Shown one piece after another: positions 50,051 to 58,800 of a stretch of 64,000 bases of DNA. Positions within the stretch are counted from its first letter, which is position 1; every line of letters begins with the position of its first letter. The DNA is from Spirochaetia bacterium (lineage in GTDB: Bacteria; Spirochaetota; Spirochaetia; SP-2023). Under the pieces are notes generated by a model. That model was not told the origin of the DNA. It ran no database searches and saw only the letters and a list, made by a program, of their open reading frames with translations. The translations under genes and the position numbers were made by a program. The stretch covers positions 1,312,001 to 1,376,000 of the forward strand of contig OZ253665.1 of assembly GCA_965263295.1 (NCBI GenBank), read 5' to 3'.

Positions 50051-50926
50051 ATGTTAATACTTACCGCCCTACTAGTCATGATGATCCTGGCGGCAGCCAT
50101 CGGCGCAGTCCTGGCTTATAGCTCGCGCAAGCTGCACGTCCCCAAAGACGAGCGCCAGCTAGCCTTGCTTGAAGCCCTTCCGGGGTTAAACTGCGGTGCC
50201 TGTAGTTTCCCCGGCTGCGACGGCTACGCCGTCGCCCTGAACACGGGCAAGACCTCGGATTTGACCCTTTGCCCCCCCGGTGGCAACGCCACCGCTGCGG
50301 CTTTAGGCCAAATACTCGGCCAGGATGCTGGCGAGGTTGAGGCCGAAGTCGCCTTTGTCAAGTGCCAGGGCAGCCCTGAGTATGCCAAGTCTGACTTCCT
50401 GTACGAAGGGCTGGAAGATTGCCAAGCTGCCGCTTTAATGTTTAAAGGCAGCAAAAGTTGCCAGTATGGCTGTATCGGGCTGGGCTCCTGCATCAAGCAA
50501 TGCCCTACTGATGCCATTCACATCAGTGCCGACTCCTTGGCCGTGGTAGAACAGAACCAATGTATTGGCTGCCGCAAGTGCATTCCCGTTTGCCCGACTG
50601 GCGTCATCCAAATGATTCCGCGGCAAGCCGAATACACCGTGATATGCAATGCCTTAGACCACGGCAAGGTCACACGCGGCAATTGTAAAGTCGGCTGCAT
50701 TGGCTGCCGAATTTGCGAACGCAAATACCCCGCCCTGCAGTTTAAAGTAGAACAAAACTTGGCCCACGTCAATTACGACCTGGTCCAGCAGCAAGAGACA
50801 AGCCCCAACTTTCTTGACTTGGCAGAGCTAATCAAAAAATGCCCGTCACATTGCATTGTGCCGATAGGCGACGGCGAAGCTAAAATTGCAGAGCTGGAAC
50901 AACAGAGGACAGAAAAAGCCATATAA
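50051..50926 (+). CDS. rnfB: Rnf subunit B
   Basis: LPGLNCGACSFPGC..YA, CPPGG, multiple CxxCxxCxxxCP clusters. Confidence 0.95.
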   Translation: MLILTALLVMMILAAAIGAVLAYSSRKLHVPKDERQLALLEALPGLNCGACSFPGCDGYAVALNTGKTSDLTLCPPGGNATAAALGQILGQDAGEVEAEVAFVKCQGSPEYAKSDFLYEGLEDCQAAALMFKGSKSCQYGCIGLGSCIKQCPTDAIHISADSLAVVEQNQCIGCRKCIPVCPTGVIQMIPRQAEYTVICNALDHGKVTRGNCKVGCIGCRICERKYPALQFKVEQNLAHVNYDLVQQQETSPNFLDLAELIKKCPSHCIVPIGDGEAKIAELEQQRTEKAI

Positions 50927-51004
50927 ATGTCTGCAAGCGGCAACTAATCCATGACATAGGCCCTCATACCGGCCCCTAGATTTTGGGACATACAGCGACT
51001 TTCC

Positions 51005-51679
51005 ATGAAAAGATTTTTTAGCTGGCAAATACGGCTCTGCTGTTGGCTCGGCCTGATCTCCACCGCGACCCTGCTAGGGGCCTGTGTTAGCCTGCCGGGC
51101 AGCCGGCGCGCGCACAATATTAAGCTTTACAGCCGGGGTATCGAACACCGAGAACTGGGCAAACTCAGGTTACGCTACACCTATGATGGGCCGGAATCCG
51201 CAAAAAATTATTTTTATGCCGAATTCTCCAGTAGTCCAAGGCCAATTGAAAAAATACAAATCCCCGGCCAAAAGAATGTCCGCCCCCAGCGAGATGCCGA
51301 GGCCCCCGGCCACCTGCCCGGCAGCGGGCGCAGCTACTTAAAAATCCAAACCATAATTCCCGAAACTTGGTTTAAAGGGTCGTCAATCTTTCGTTACCGC
51401 ACCCGCCAGCCTTTTAGCCACGAAGATGGGCGCCTAGTTGAACGCATATTGTTGATCAGCGACCCGGACTCCAGCGACAATATCCTGAGCCTGGACTTTT
51501 ATTTGTTTCCCAGTCGGCGCGGCTACTTGCTGCGTCTGGACTTGCGCCCAGCTGCAGACTTCTACCGCCGGGTGCCCGCGGGAACTCCGCCCAATCAGGT
51601 GGCCAAGATCCTTGGCGACAATGAGGCACCCGCCTTGTTTCACAATCAAACCATAGTGGGCAAAGCCCAGTATTACTAA
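51005..51679 (+). CDS. Hypothetical lipoprotein
   Basis: Signal peptide ending LLGAC; 224-aa ORF. Confidence 0.7.
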   Translation: MKRFFSWQIRLCCWLGLISTATLLGACVSLPGSRRAHNIKLYSRGIEHRELGKLRLRYTYDGPESAKNYFYAEFSSSPRPIEKIQIPGQKNVRPQRDAEAPGHLPGSGRSYLKIQTIIPETWFKGSSIFRYRTRQPFSHEDGRLVERILLISDPDSSDNILSLDFYLFPSRRGYLLRLDLRPAADFYRRVPAGTPPNQVAKILGDNEAPALFHNQTIVGKAQYY

Positions 51680-51691
51680 GCCCCCCCTAAT

Positions 51692-51723
51692 CAATTATTC
51701 GCAATTATTCACAATTATTCGCA
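51692..51723. repeat. 10-bp tandem repeat CAATTATTC(G/A) x3
   Basis: Read directly, just after the stop of the lipoprotein gene. Confidence 0.85.
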
Positions 51724-51880
51724 GCCCCAATATTTGCAATGCCCGCAGAATTGAACTCTGGCAAAATCCCACTCTGGCTTTAATCTCGAAATACCATGAG
51801 TACGCCAGAAACTCACGGACCCCGCGTTTCCCGCCTGTTCTCAATCGACTTTCTTTTGCAGTATATCGACCGATACCCAA

Positions 51881-52924
51881 TTATTGCGTCATAGTTACGG
51901 CTGCGGTGTTGACAATATCTTCGACGCTACAGCCGCGCGACAAGTCAGAAATCGGCAAGGCAAAACCTTGCAGGAAAGGCCCGTAAGCCTCAGCTTGCGC
52001 AAAGCGCTGCACCAATTTATAGCCAATGTTACCAGATTGCAGGTCCGGGAAGATCAACACGTTGGCCTTGCCGGCAACCGTGGAACCAGGAGCTTTTTTC
52101 TCTCCGACGGCCGCCACCATGGCGGCATCCAACTGCAACTCGCCATCTACTTTGAGCTGCGGGGCCTTAGCTTGAACTATCTCCATAGCCTGCAATACTT
52201 TATCTACGTTTTCATGTCGAGCCGAACCCTTGGTCGAGAACGAAAGCATAGCCACAACCGGCTCGACATCCAGGAAGACGCGGCAGGATTCCGCGGACTG
52301 CAGGGTAATATCGGCCAGTTCTTCCGCACTAGGGTTGGGAATGGTGGCACAGTCGGCAAAAATCATCAAACCGTCCGCCCCCCACTGGCGACCATTCATG
52401 ATATCGGGTTGGGCACTAAAATCCATTACAAAACAGGAGGCCGCAATTTTGACACCTGGCGCCGTTTTAATAATGGTAAAGCCCGCACGCAACACATTGG
52501 CGGTAGAATTTTCCGCGCCGGCAACCAGGGCGTCGCTGGCACCTTGGCGCACCATCATGGCGGCAAAATGGAGGGGATCTTGCATCGCCTTGCGGGCATC
52601 TGCCTCGCTAATCCCTTTCTTTTTGCGCAATTCATAGAACTCGGCGGCATAGGCGTCAAAGTTGACCGCACCACTGGGATCAAGCACCTGGGGATCAAGA
52701 ACCTGGGGATCAAGCACCTGAATACCGCTAATGTCCACAGCATTCTGCCGAGCCAGGGCCCGCACCTCGGCTTCCGCCCCCAGTACCACCAGCTCCCTGA
52801 CCAGTCCCTCGTCCAGCAGTATGCGCCCGGCCTGCAAGATACGCAGATCCAAACCTTCGGGCAACACCAGGCGCTTTTGCAACTTGCGGGCTCGCTCCCT
52901 CATTTTCTCGGTGAAACTCGCCAT
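51881..52924 (-). CDS. pta: Phosphate acetyltransferase
   Basis: LVLPEG.D.RIL.A, FADCA..PNP, AMLSFSTKGSA, DGELQLDAA, FPDLQSGNIGYKLVQR, SDLSRGCS. Confidence 0.97.
   Translation of the reverse strand: MASFTEKMRERARKLQKRLVLPEGLDLRILQAGRILLDEGLVRELVVLGAEAEVRALARQNAVDISGIQVLDPQVLDPQVLDPSGAVNFDAYAAEFYELRKKKGISEADARKAMQDPLHFAAMMVRQGASDALVAGAENSTANVLRAGFTIIKTAPGVKIAASCFVMDFSAQPDIMNGRQWGADGLMIFADCATIPNPSAEELADITLQSAESCRVFLDVEPVVAMLSFSTKGSARHENVDKVLQAMEIVQAKAPQLKVDGELQLDAAMVAAVGEKKAPGSTVAGKANVLIFPDLQSGNIGYKLVQRFAQAEAYGPFLQGFALPISDLSRGCSVEDIVNTAAVTMTQ
52676..52720 (-). repeat. 15-bp tandem repeat x3 encoding (QVLDP)3 in pta
   Basis: GGGATCAAG(C/A)ACCTG x3. Confidence 0.9.
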
Positions 52925-53174
52925 ATGTATCTCCTAACCGGGCTGAAGCTATTGGCTCAAATGAGTCCTCTCAAGCCGAGACACAGCCGCTCTGCCCTCT
53001 GTCGTTGTATTTTTGCAAGTATTGTAGTGAAGTGAAACTATAATTGCAAAACAGCTGATGCGCCAGACTCGCCCGCTTGCCTTCTGGCTTGAGAGCTTGG
53101 CAGCTTGAGCGCCCGTTCCCCCCGAAACGGGACTTCATTACAATCAATCCCACAATGATGTTTGGAACTTAGCT

Positions 53175-54929
53175 ATGAAGCAGAGCAAGCTTGAGCGCCC
53201 ATTCCCAGCCGTAAATTCTTCGGAATCTTGGGATTCTTCGGAGTCTTGGGATTCTTTTTGCCAGAGCGCCGCGGCGGATGCGACGGCCACCCACGCCCAA
53301 CTAAGCCGCGCGTTAGACTGGGATTGCCTCAACCCCATGGCCATACTGACGGCCCTGCAAGAACAAGAGCACTTTTTTTTGCTCGAAAGCGCCACGGCAG
53401 AAAAGACGCTTGGGCGTTACTCATTTTTTGCCTACCAGATGCAACGGCGTTTCCGCTGCCTGGCGCTCCCAGATGGCTCGGCCGACTTACGGGTCTGCGA
53501 CTTCACGCACACAGCCCAAGGCAGCCAAGCCTCAAGAGAATACAGCCTGGCAAAATCCAGCGGGCATAGTCCCTTTGAACTACTATTTTTAAACACCACG
53601 GACGCCCCACAACCCATAAAAATATTGCCCATATTGTCCAGGTCGCCCAGATCACCCATATCGCCTAGGTCACCCAGATCGCCGACAGCGTCAATTCACG
53701 CCCCGAAATGGCAAGGCTTCCAAGGGGGGCTGGTGGGAATGTTTAGCTACGAAGCCGTACGGCACATGGGCGTACTGCGCTCCCCGCTGCAACAGCTGAG
53801 CCTTGCAGGGTCGGTCTATGGCCAACAGCCGGAGTTATTATTTTATGAAGTCCAGCGCTTCTTTGTCATCGACAATGCCAGCCAGCGCCTTTTTGCCGTC
53901 TACCTGCAGCCCCTGCCGCCAGCTGGAGAGCGCACTTTGGAGACTCTAGGCGCAGCTCAGCGCCAGGGCGAACAGGTCCTGGGAGAGATGATCGCGGGCT
54001 TGCAAACCCAACTGGACTGCGCCGACTTGACTGCGCCATTGCCCGCGATGCCCAGTTGCAACAAGCAGTTGGCGGCAGAACTTTCACGCCAGCTATGGCG
54101 GGAAGACCAGAGCGAAGAGCAGCAAAGGCAAGCCATTGAGTCGTTGCGCGCCGAATTGCTCGACGGCGAAGGCTTACAAGTGGTCTACTCGGTGGGCCGC
54201 CAGGCCCCAGCGGTGAGGCCGGGGCTCTTCTACCGCCTGTTGTGGCGGCAAAATCCCTCGCCATACATGTTTTTCTTCAAGGATGGCGAACAACATCTCG
54301 TTGGTTCTTCGCCCGAAACCCACTTGCGCTATTTTGACGGCGTGGCCTGCATCAAGCCGATTGCCGGCACACGGCCCCTGCCCGAAGTCCTGAGCCAGGA
54401 AGAGTTACAAAATATCATTGACGATCTACTCCAAGACCCGAAGGAACGCGCCGAGCACCTAATGCTGATTGATCTGGCTCGCAATGATTTATACAGCAAC
54501 TGTGAGCCCGACTCAGTGCACACGGTCAAGGAATTCACGGCGGAAGTTTTTTCGCATGTCGTCCATATTGTCTCGGAAGTGCACGGCCGCCTGCGGCCGG
54601 ATCGAAAGCCCTATGAATTATTTGCCCAAACTTTTCCGGCGGGGACCCTGAGCGGAGCCCCCAAGGTGCGCGCCATAGAATTGATTGACCAGTACGAAAA
54701 AAGTCCGCGCGGCTTTTATGGCGGTTGCATCGGCTACTTCAACTATGACGGCACCCTTGATTCGGCGATCATAATCCGCAGCGCCTGGCTGGACAGCGAA
54801 AAAACGCTGGCGCGCAGCGGCGGCGGCCTGGTCTACGATAGCGAAGCCGGCTATGAAATCCGCGAACACCGCCAGAAACTCGGCATACTCAGCAGCGTAC
54901 TGCAAGCCCTGCAAAATAAAGGCGGCTAG
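53175..54929 (+). CDS. trpE: Anthranilate synthase component I (chorismate-binding)
   Basis: FLLESA...GRYSF, NPSPYMF, GSSPE, PIAGTRP, KERAEHLMLIDLARND, FPAGTLSGAPKVRA. Confidence 0.88.
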   Translation: MKQSKLERPFPAVNSSESWDSSESWDSFCQSAAADATATHAQLSRALDWDCLNPMAILTALQEQEHFFLLESATAEKTLGRYSFFAYQMQRRFRCLALPDGSADLRVCDFTHTAQGSQASREYSLAKSSGHSPFELLFLNTTDAPQPIKILPILSRSPRSPISPRSPRSPTASIHAPKWQGFQGGLVGMFSYEAVRHMGVLRSPLQQLSLAGSVYGQQPELLFYEVQRFFVIDNASQRLFAVYLQPLPPAGERTLETLGAAQRQGEQVLGEMIAGLQTQLDCADLTAPLPAMPSCNKQLAAELSRQLWREDQSEEQQRQAIESLRAELLDGEGLQVVYSVGRQAPAVRPGLFYRLLWRQNPSPYMFFFKDGEQHLVGSSPETHLRYFDGVACIKPIAGTRPLPEVLSQEELQNIIDDLLQDPKERAEHLMLIDLARNDLYSNCEPDSVHTVKEFTAEVFSHVVHIVSEVHGRLRPDRKPYELFAQTFPAGTLSGAPKVRAIELIDQYEKSPRGFYGGCIGYFNYDGTLDSAIIIRSAWLDSEKTLARSGGGLVYDSEAGYEIREHRQKLGILSSVLQALQNKGG

Positions 54930-54968
54930 CGCCATTGCCGTTAAGTCGGTTTTATGAGGCTTCAAGAA

Positions 54969-55055
54969 GCTTCAAAATGGACAGCGCCTGGCGGTTTCGC
55001 AAGAATGGGATAAGTCACGGGATTAGTGAACAAGAGCAGAAAAAGGAAAAGCAGC
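54969..55055 (+). pseudogene. Remnant of an excisionase-like HTH (MerR/AlpA-type) gene, C-terminal part
   Basis: Translates as FKMDSAWRFRKNGISHGISEQEQ, homologous to 62643-62709. Confidence 0.6.
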
Positions 55056-55316
55056 ATGACAAGCACCCAACAGCGCGACGCACTGCAACGCAAAATCTGG
55101 CAAATCGCCAACGATGTTCGCGGCGCGGTCGATGGCTGGGATTTCAAACAATATGTGCTCGGCACCCTGTTTTACCGTTTTATCAGTGAAAACTTTGCCA
55201 GCTACTTCAAGGCAGAGGACGAGGGCATCGATTATGCCAAACTCTCTGACAGCGTTATTACGCCAGATCTTAAAGACGACGCCATCGTCGCCGAGATTGA
55301 GGGAAAAAAGGCATGA
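55056..55316 (+). pseudogene. hsdM: Type I R-M methyltransferase HsdM, internally deleted
   Basis: [36 protein letters not shown]...KDDAI is collinear with 62735 onward, then jumps to VAEIEGKKA*. Confidence 0.88.
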
Positions 55317-55573
55317 CGCTGGAAAACAAATTAAACATTAGCAACCAAGTAGAGCTGGCAAAAGCGGAAGAAAGAATCAGCAAGCAAAAAGCCAGGCAAC
55401 TTTTTGACTCCGGCGACATTGCCAAAGTCGAGGTTGGCCGTTTTAAGGGCCTAGCTTGTATCCATACTTATTTGTTTGCAGACATTTATGATTTTGCCGG
55501 CAAAATCCGCGACGTCAACATCGCTAAAGGTGCTGCCCGCATGATGGCCAAAAGGCCGAAACCGGGGCCTTAG
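55313..55573 (+). pseudogene. Fic family (cell filamentation) protein, truncated
   Basis: MTLENKLNI...[14 protein letters not shown]...[27 protein letters not shown], then homology stops; the catalytic HPFxxGNGR motif is absent. Confidence 0.8.
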
Positions 55574-55601
55574 CCCGGCAAAAATACACTAAATTGCAGC
55601 C

Positions 55602-55798
55602 GATATTACCTCCTCGGCTTGCAAATCCCCTCGTTTGTCGACTTCCAAACCCTTCAAAAAGGCATTCTTAGAGGTGTCCATTCCATCGAAAATGCCTTCT
55701 GCCGCCTGAAGGATTTCCGCCGGGTTGCAACCCGATACGATAAACGCGCCAGAAATTTATTATCTTCGGTTGTTCTAGTAATTTTTTTCGCATTATGA
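55602..55798 (+). mobile_element. IS5-family transposase C-terminal remnant
   Basis: Hand translation SIENAFCRLKDFRRVATRYDKRARNLLSSVVL (55682-55798); degraded and frameshifted upstream. Confidence 0.8.
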
Positions 55799-55865
55799 TA
55801 CGTATAACTGTCGACGTTAGTATGTCTGACTGGGCTTGGAGCTTTAAGGGTTAGGTTGCTCGAAA

Positions 55866-58800
55866 ATGTCATTTGACAGGTCTGAAAAAGATGCGCGGGA
55901 GAGGCTCGTACTGGAGCTTTCCGTCGCGGAGAAAGTGAATTTTGCGTCCTCGCAAAATGGCGTTCCGGTATTGAAGAAGGTGTCGTTACAGAACCCTTCG
56001 CAGGAGCCCCTCGAAAACATAACGGTCGAGCTGACCTGTAGCCCTGGATTGATACGACCCAGGAAGTGGACGTTGGATCGCCTTGCGCCCGAGCAGCAGC
56101 AAGAGTTGCGCGACCTTGAGACGCCCTTGGACACAATCATCCTCGGCGGCCTCAACGAGGCCGAACGGGGAGACCTGCGCTTCGTCGTGCGTCAGGGTGA
56201 TGACGTGCTGCTGGAGGAACGCCGCCCGATTGAGTTGCTCGCCCGTGACGAGTGGGGAGGTGTCGGCGAGATGGCGCATCTGCTTGCGGCATTTGTATCC
56301 CCCAATGACGACGTCGTGGCAGGCGTGCTCAAAGAGGCCAGCAGACTGCTGGAGGCATCGGGACACAATGGCAGCATGGATGGCTACCAGTCGCGCGATC
56401 CTCGCCGGTCATGGATGCTAGCAGGGGCGATTTGGTCGGCGCTCACTGGGCTGGGGCTGACCTACGCTGTGCCTCCGGCGAGTTTCGAATTGCATGGGCA
56501 GAAGGTGCGCGATCCAGGCCGTATTCGGTCCGAGGGACTGGCGACTTGCCTCGACAGTGCCCTGCTTTTGGCAGCCTGTTTCGAGGCGGCAGGTCTTAAC
56601 CCGGTTGTGCTGTTCTGCGAAGGGCACGCATGGACCGGCGTGTGGCTGAGCAATAGGGACTTTGGCACCATCAGCGAGCCAGACGTGATGACAGTCCGCA
56701 AGGCGATTGTTGCCCGTGAATTTGTGGCAATGGAAACCACCTTGCTCACAAAAAAGCCCAGCGTTGGGTTTGAGGAAGCGGTCGAACGGGGACGTGACCT
56801 GACCTCTGAACGCAACGAACACAGATTCACCATGGCTATTGATATCCGTCGTGCCCGTGCGGCACGGATCAGACCTCTTGCCAGCCATCGCGCGGAGACG
56901 AAGGCCGAGGAAGAGGATGTCGTTGCAAGTCCCGCTGCCTTGCCCCAAGCTTTGGACCTTAATCTGCTTCCAGGCGACCTGGTCGAGGATGAGCCGTCAA
57001 CGCCTAAGGGTCGGATTGACCGTTGGCAGCGCAAGCTGCTGGACCTTTCGCTGCGCAACCGGCTGCTCAATTTCAAGGACAGCAAGCAGACCTTGCCGTT
57101 CCTTTGCCCGAATGTCTCCGCGCTGGAAGATCAGCTTGCCGATGGCAAAAAGTTCCGCACGGTGGCGCTGGAGGGCGAGAACCCGGTCGGTACGCGCGAC
57201 CTTCTGGCAAACGACGCACCCAGGATCCTTGAGGAGGTCGCGAAAGACGCTTTTTCCAAGGGCCAGATCGCGGTGCCGCTGACCCGCAAGGAATCCGAAC
57301 GCCGACTTCTGGAGCTTCACCGTCGGGCCAAAAGCGACATGCAGGAGGGCGGCACGAACACGTTGTTCCTGGCTGCTGGCTTCCTGCGCTGGAAGAAGTC
57401 CGAGGGAGATACGCGCACTTACCGTGCGCCTCTGCTTTTGGTTCCGGTAAAGATTTCCCGGAAATCCGCTCAGTCGGAATTCGTGATCGAACATCACGAA
57501 GACACCGTGCGTTTCAACACGACGCTGCTGGAGTTTCTCAAGCGCGATTTCGACCTAAAGGTGCCTGAACTAGAGGGCGACCTGCCGCGTGACGAGAGCG
57601 GCTTTGATCTGCCTCGGATCTTGGAAATCATGCGCCGCAAGGTGCGAGATGTCGCCGGTTTTGAAGTGGTGGAAGAGCTTGCACTTTCCACCTTCTCCTT
57701 TGCCAAGTTCCTGATGTGGAAGGATTTAGTCGAGCGGACGGACAGCCTGTGCGAGAGCGCCTTGGTGAAGCACCTAGTCGACAACCCGACCGAAGCCTTT
57801 TTGGCCGATGGTGCCCCGGGCCTACTGGTTGCCAAGGATGTTGACCGCAGGCTGGCACCCCGTGACCTGTTCACCCCACTGCCTGCGGATTCATCCCAGC
57901 TCGCCGCTGTTCTGGCGGCAAAGGAGGGGCATAACTTCGTTCTGATCGGGCCGCCGGGGACCGGCAAAAGCCAGACCATCGCCAATATCATCTCGCAGTG
58001 TCTCGCAATGCAGAAGACGGTGCTTTTCGTGGCGGAAAAATCTGCTGCGCTGGATGTGGTGTATCGTCGTCTGCACGCCTGTGGCCTTGGCGATGCGGTT
58101 CTTGAGCTGCACTCGAACAAGGCGGATCGGAAGTCCATATTGTCACAGCTTGGGCGCAGTTGGGGGCGAGCTGCCAACCCCGGGGAAGCCGAATGGATCA
58201 AGGTGACCGATGATCTGTCCGTAACCCGCGATCAATTGAACGCCTACGTCGCGGCCCTTCATGCGAAGGGGAGCCAGGGCTTCAGCGTCTTCCAGGCGAT
58301 CGGGGCAGCCGCAGGCCAGGAGCAGCCCTTCAGCGTGTCCTTTGCGAACAAGGATGCCCATGACGCGGAAAGTTACACGCGCTTGCGGAAACTGGCAAAG
58401 GATCTTGGCCGGTGTCAGGAGATCATCGCGGGGCGGAAGCCGCTGCACCTTGTCCAGGCGGACACGTGGTCTTTTGAGTGGCAAAAAAGGCTCCTTGAAC
58501 GGAGCGGCGATTTGATCGTTGCCACCCGCGCGCTGGCGGAGGCGGCCGAATCTTTGGCATGTCATGCGGGGCTGACCTGGACCGGATCGGGAGAGATTGC
58601 AGAGGTAGCGCCCCTGCTGCGCCTTGCTGCGATCCCCGAAAGCGGCGAGGACGTCAGTTGGGCTCTCGCGCGGGACATGGACGAGATGCAGGCGCAGGTC
58701 GAAGTTCTGAAGAATCGGCTTGCCGACTATGGCGCTGCGGTTGGCCGGGTATCTGCGCGCTATCCGATGGATCGGCTCGACCGTATCCCGCTTTATCAGC

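Noticed and set aside
51884..53035. 383-aa plus-strand ORF
   Set aside because: Antisense shadow of pta with no recognisable motifs
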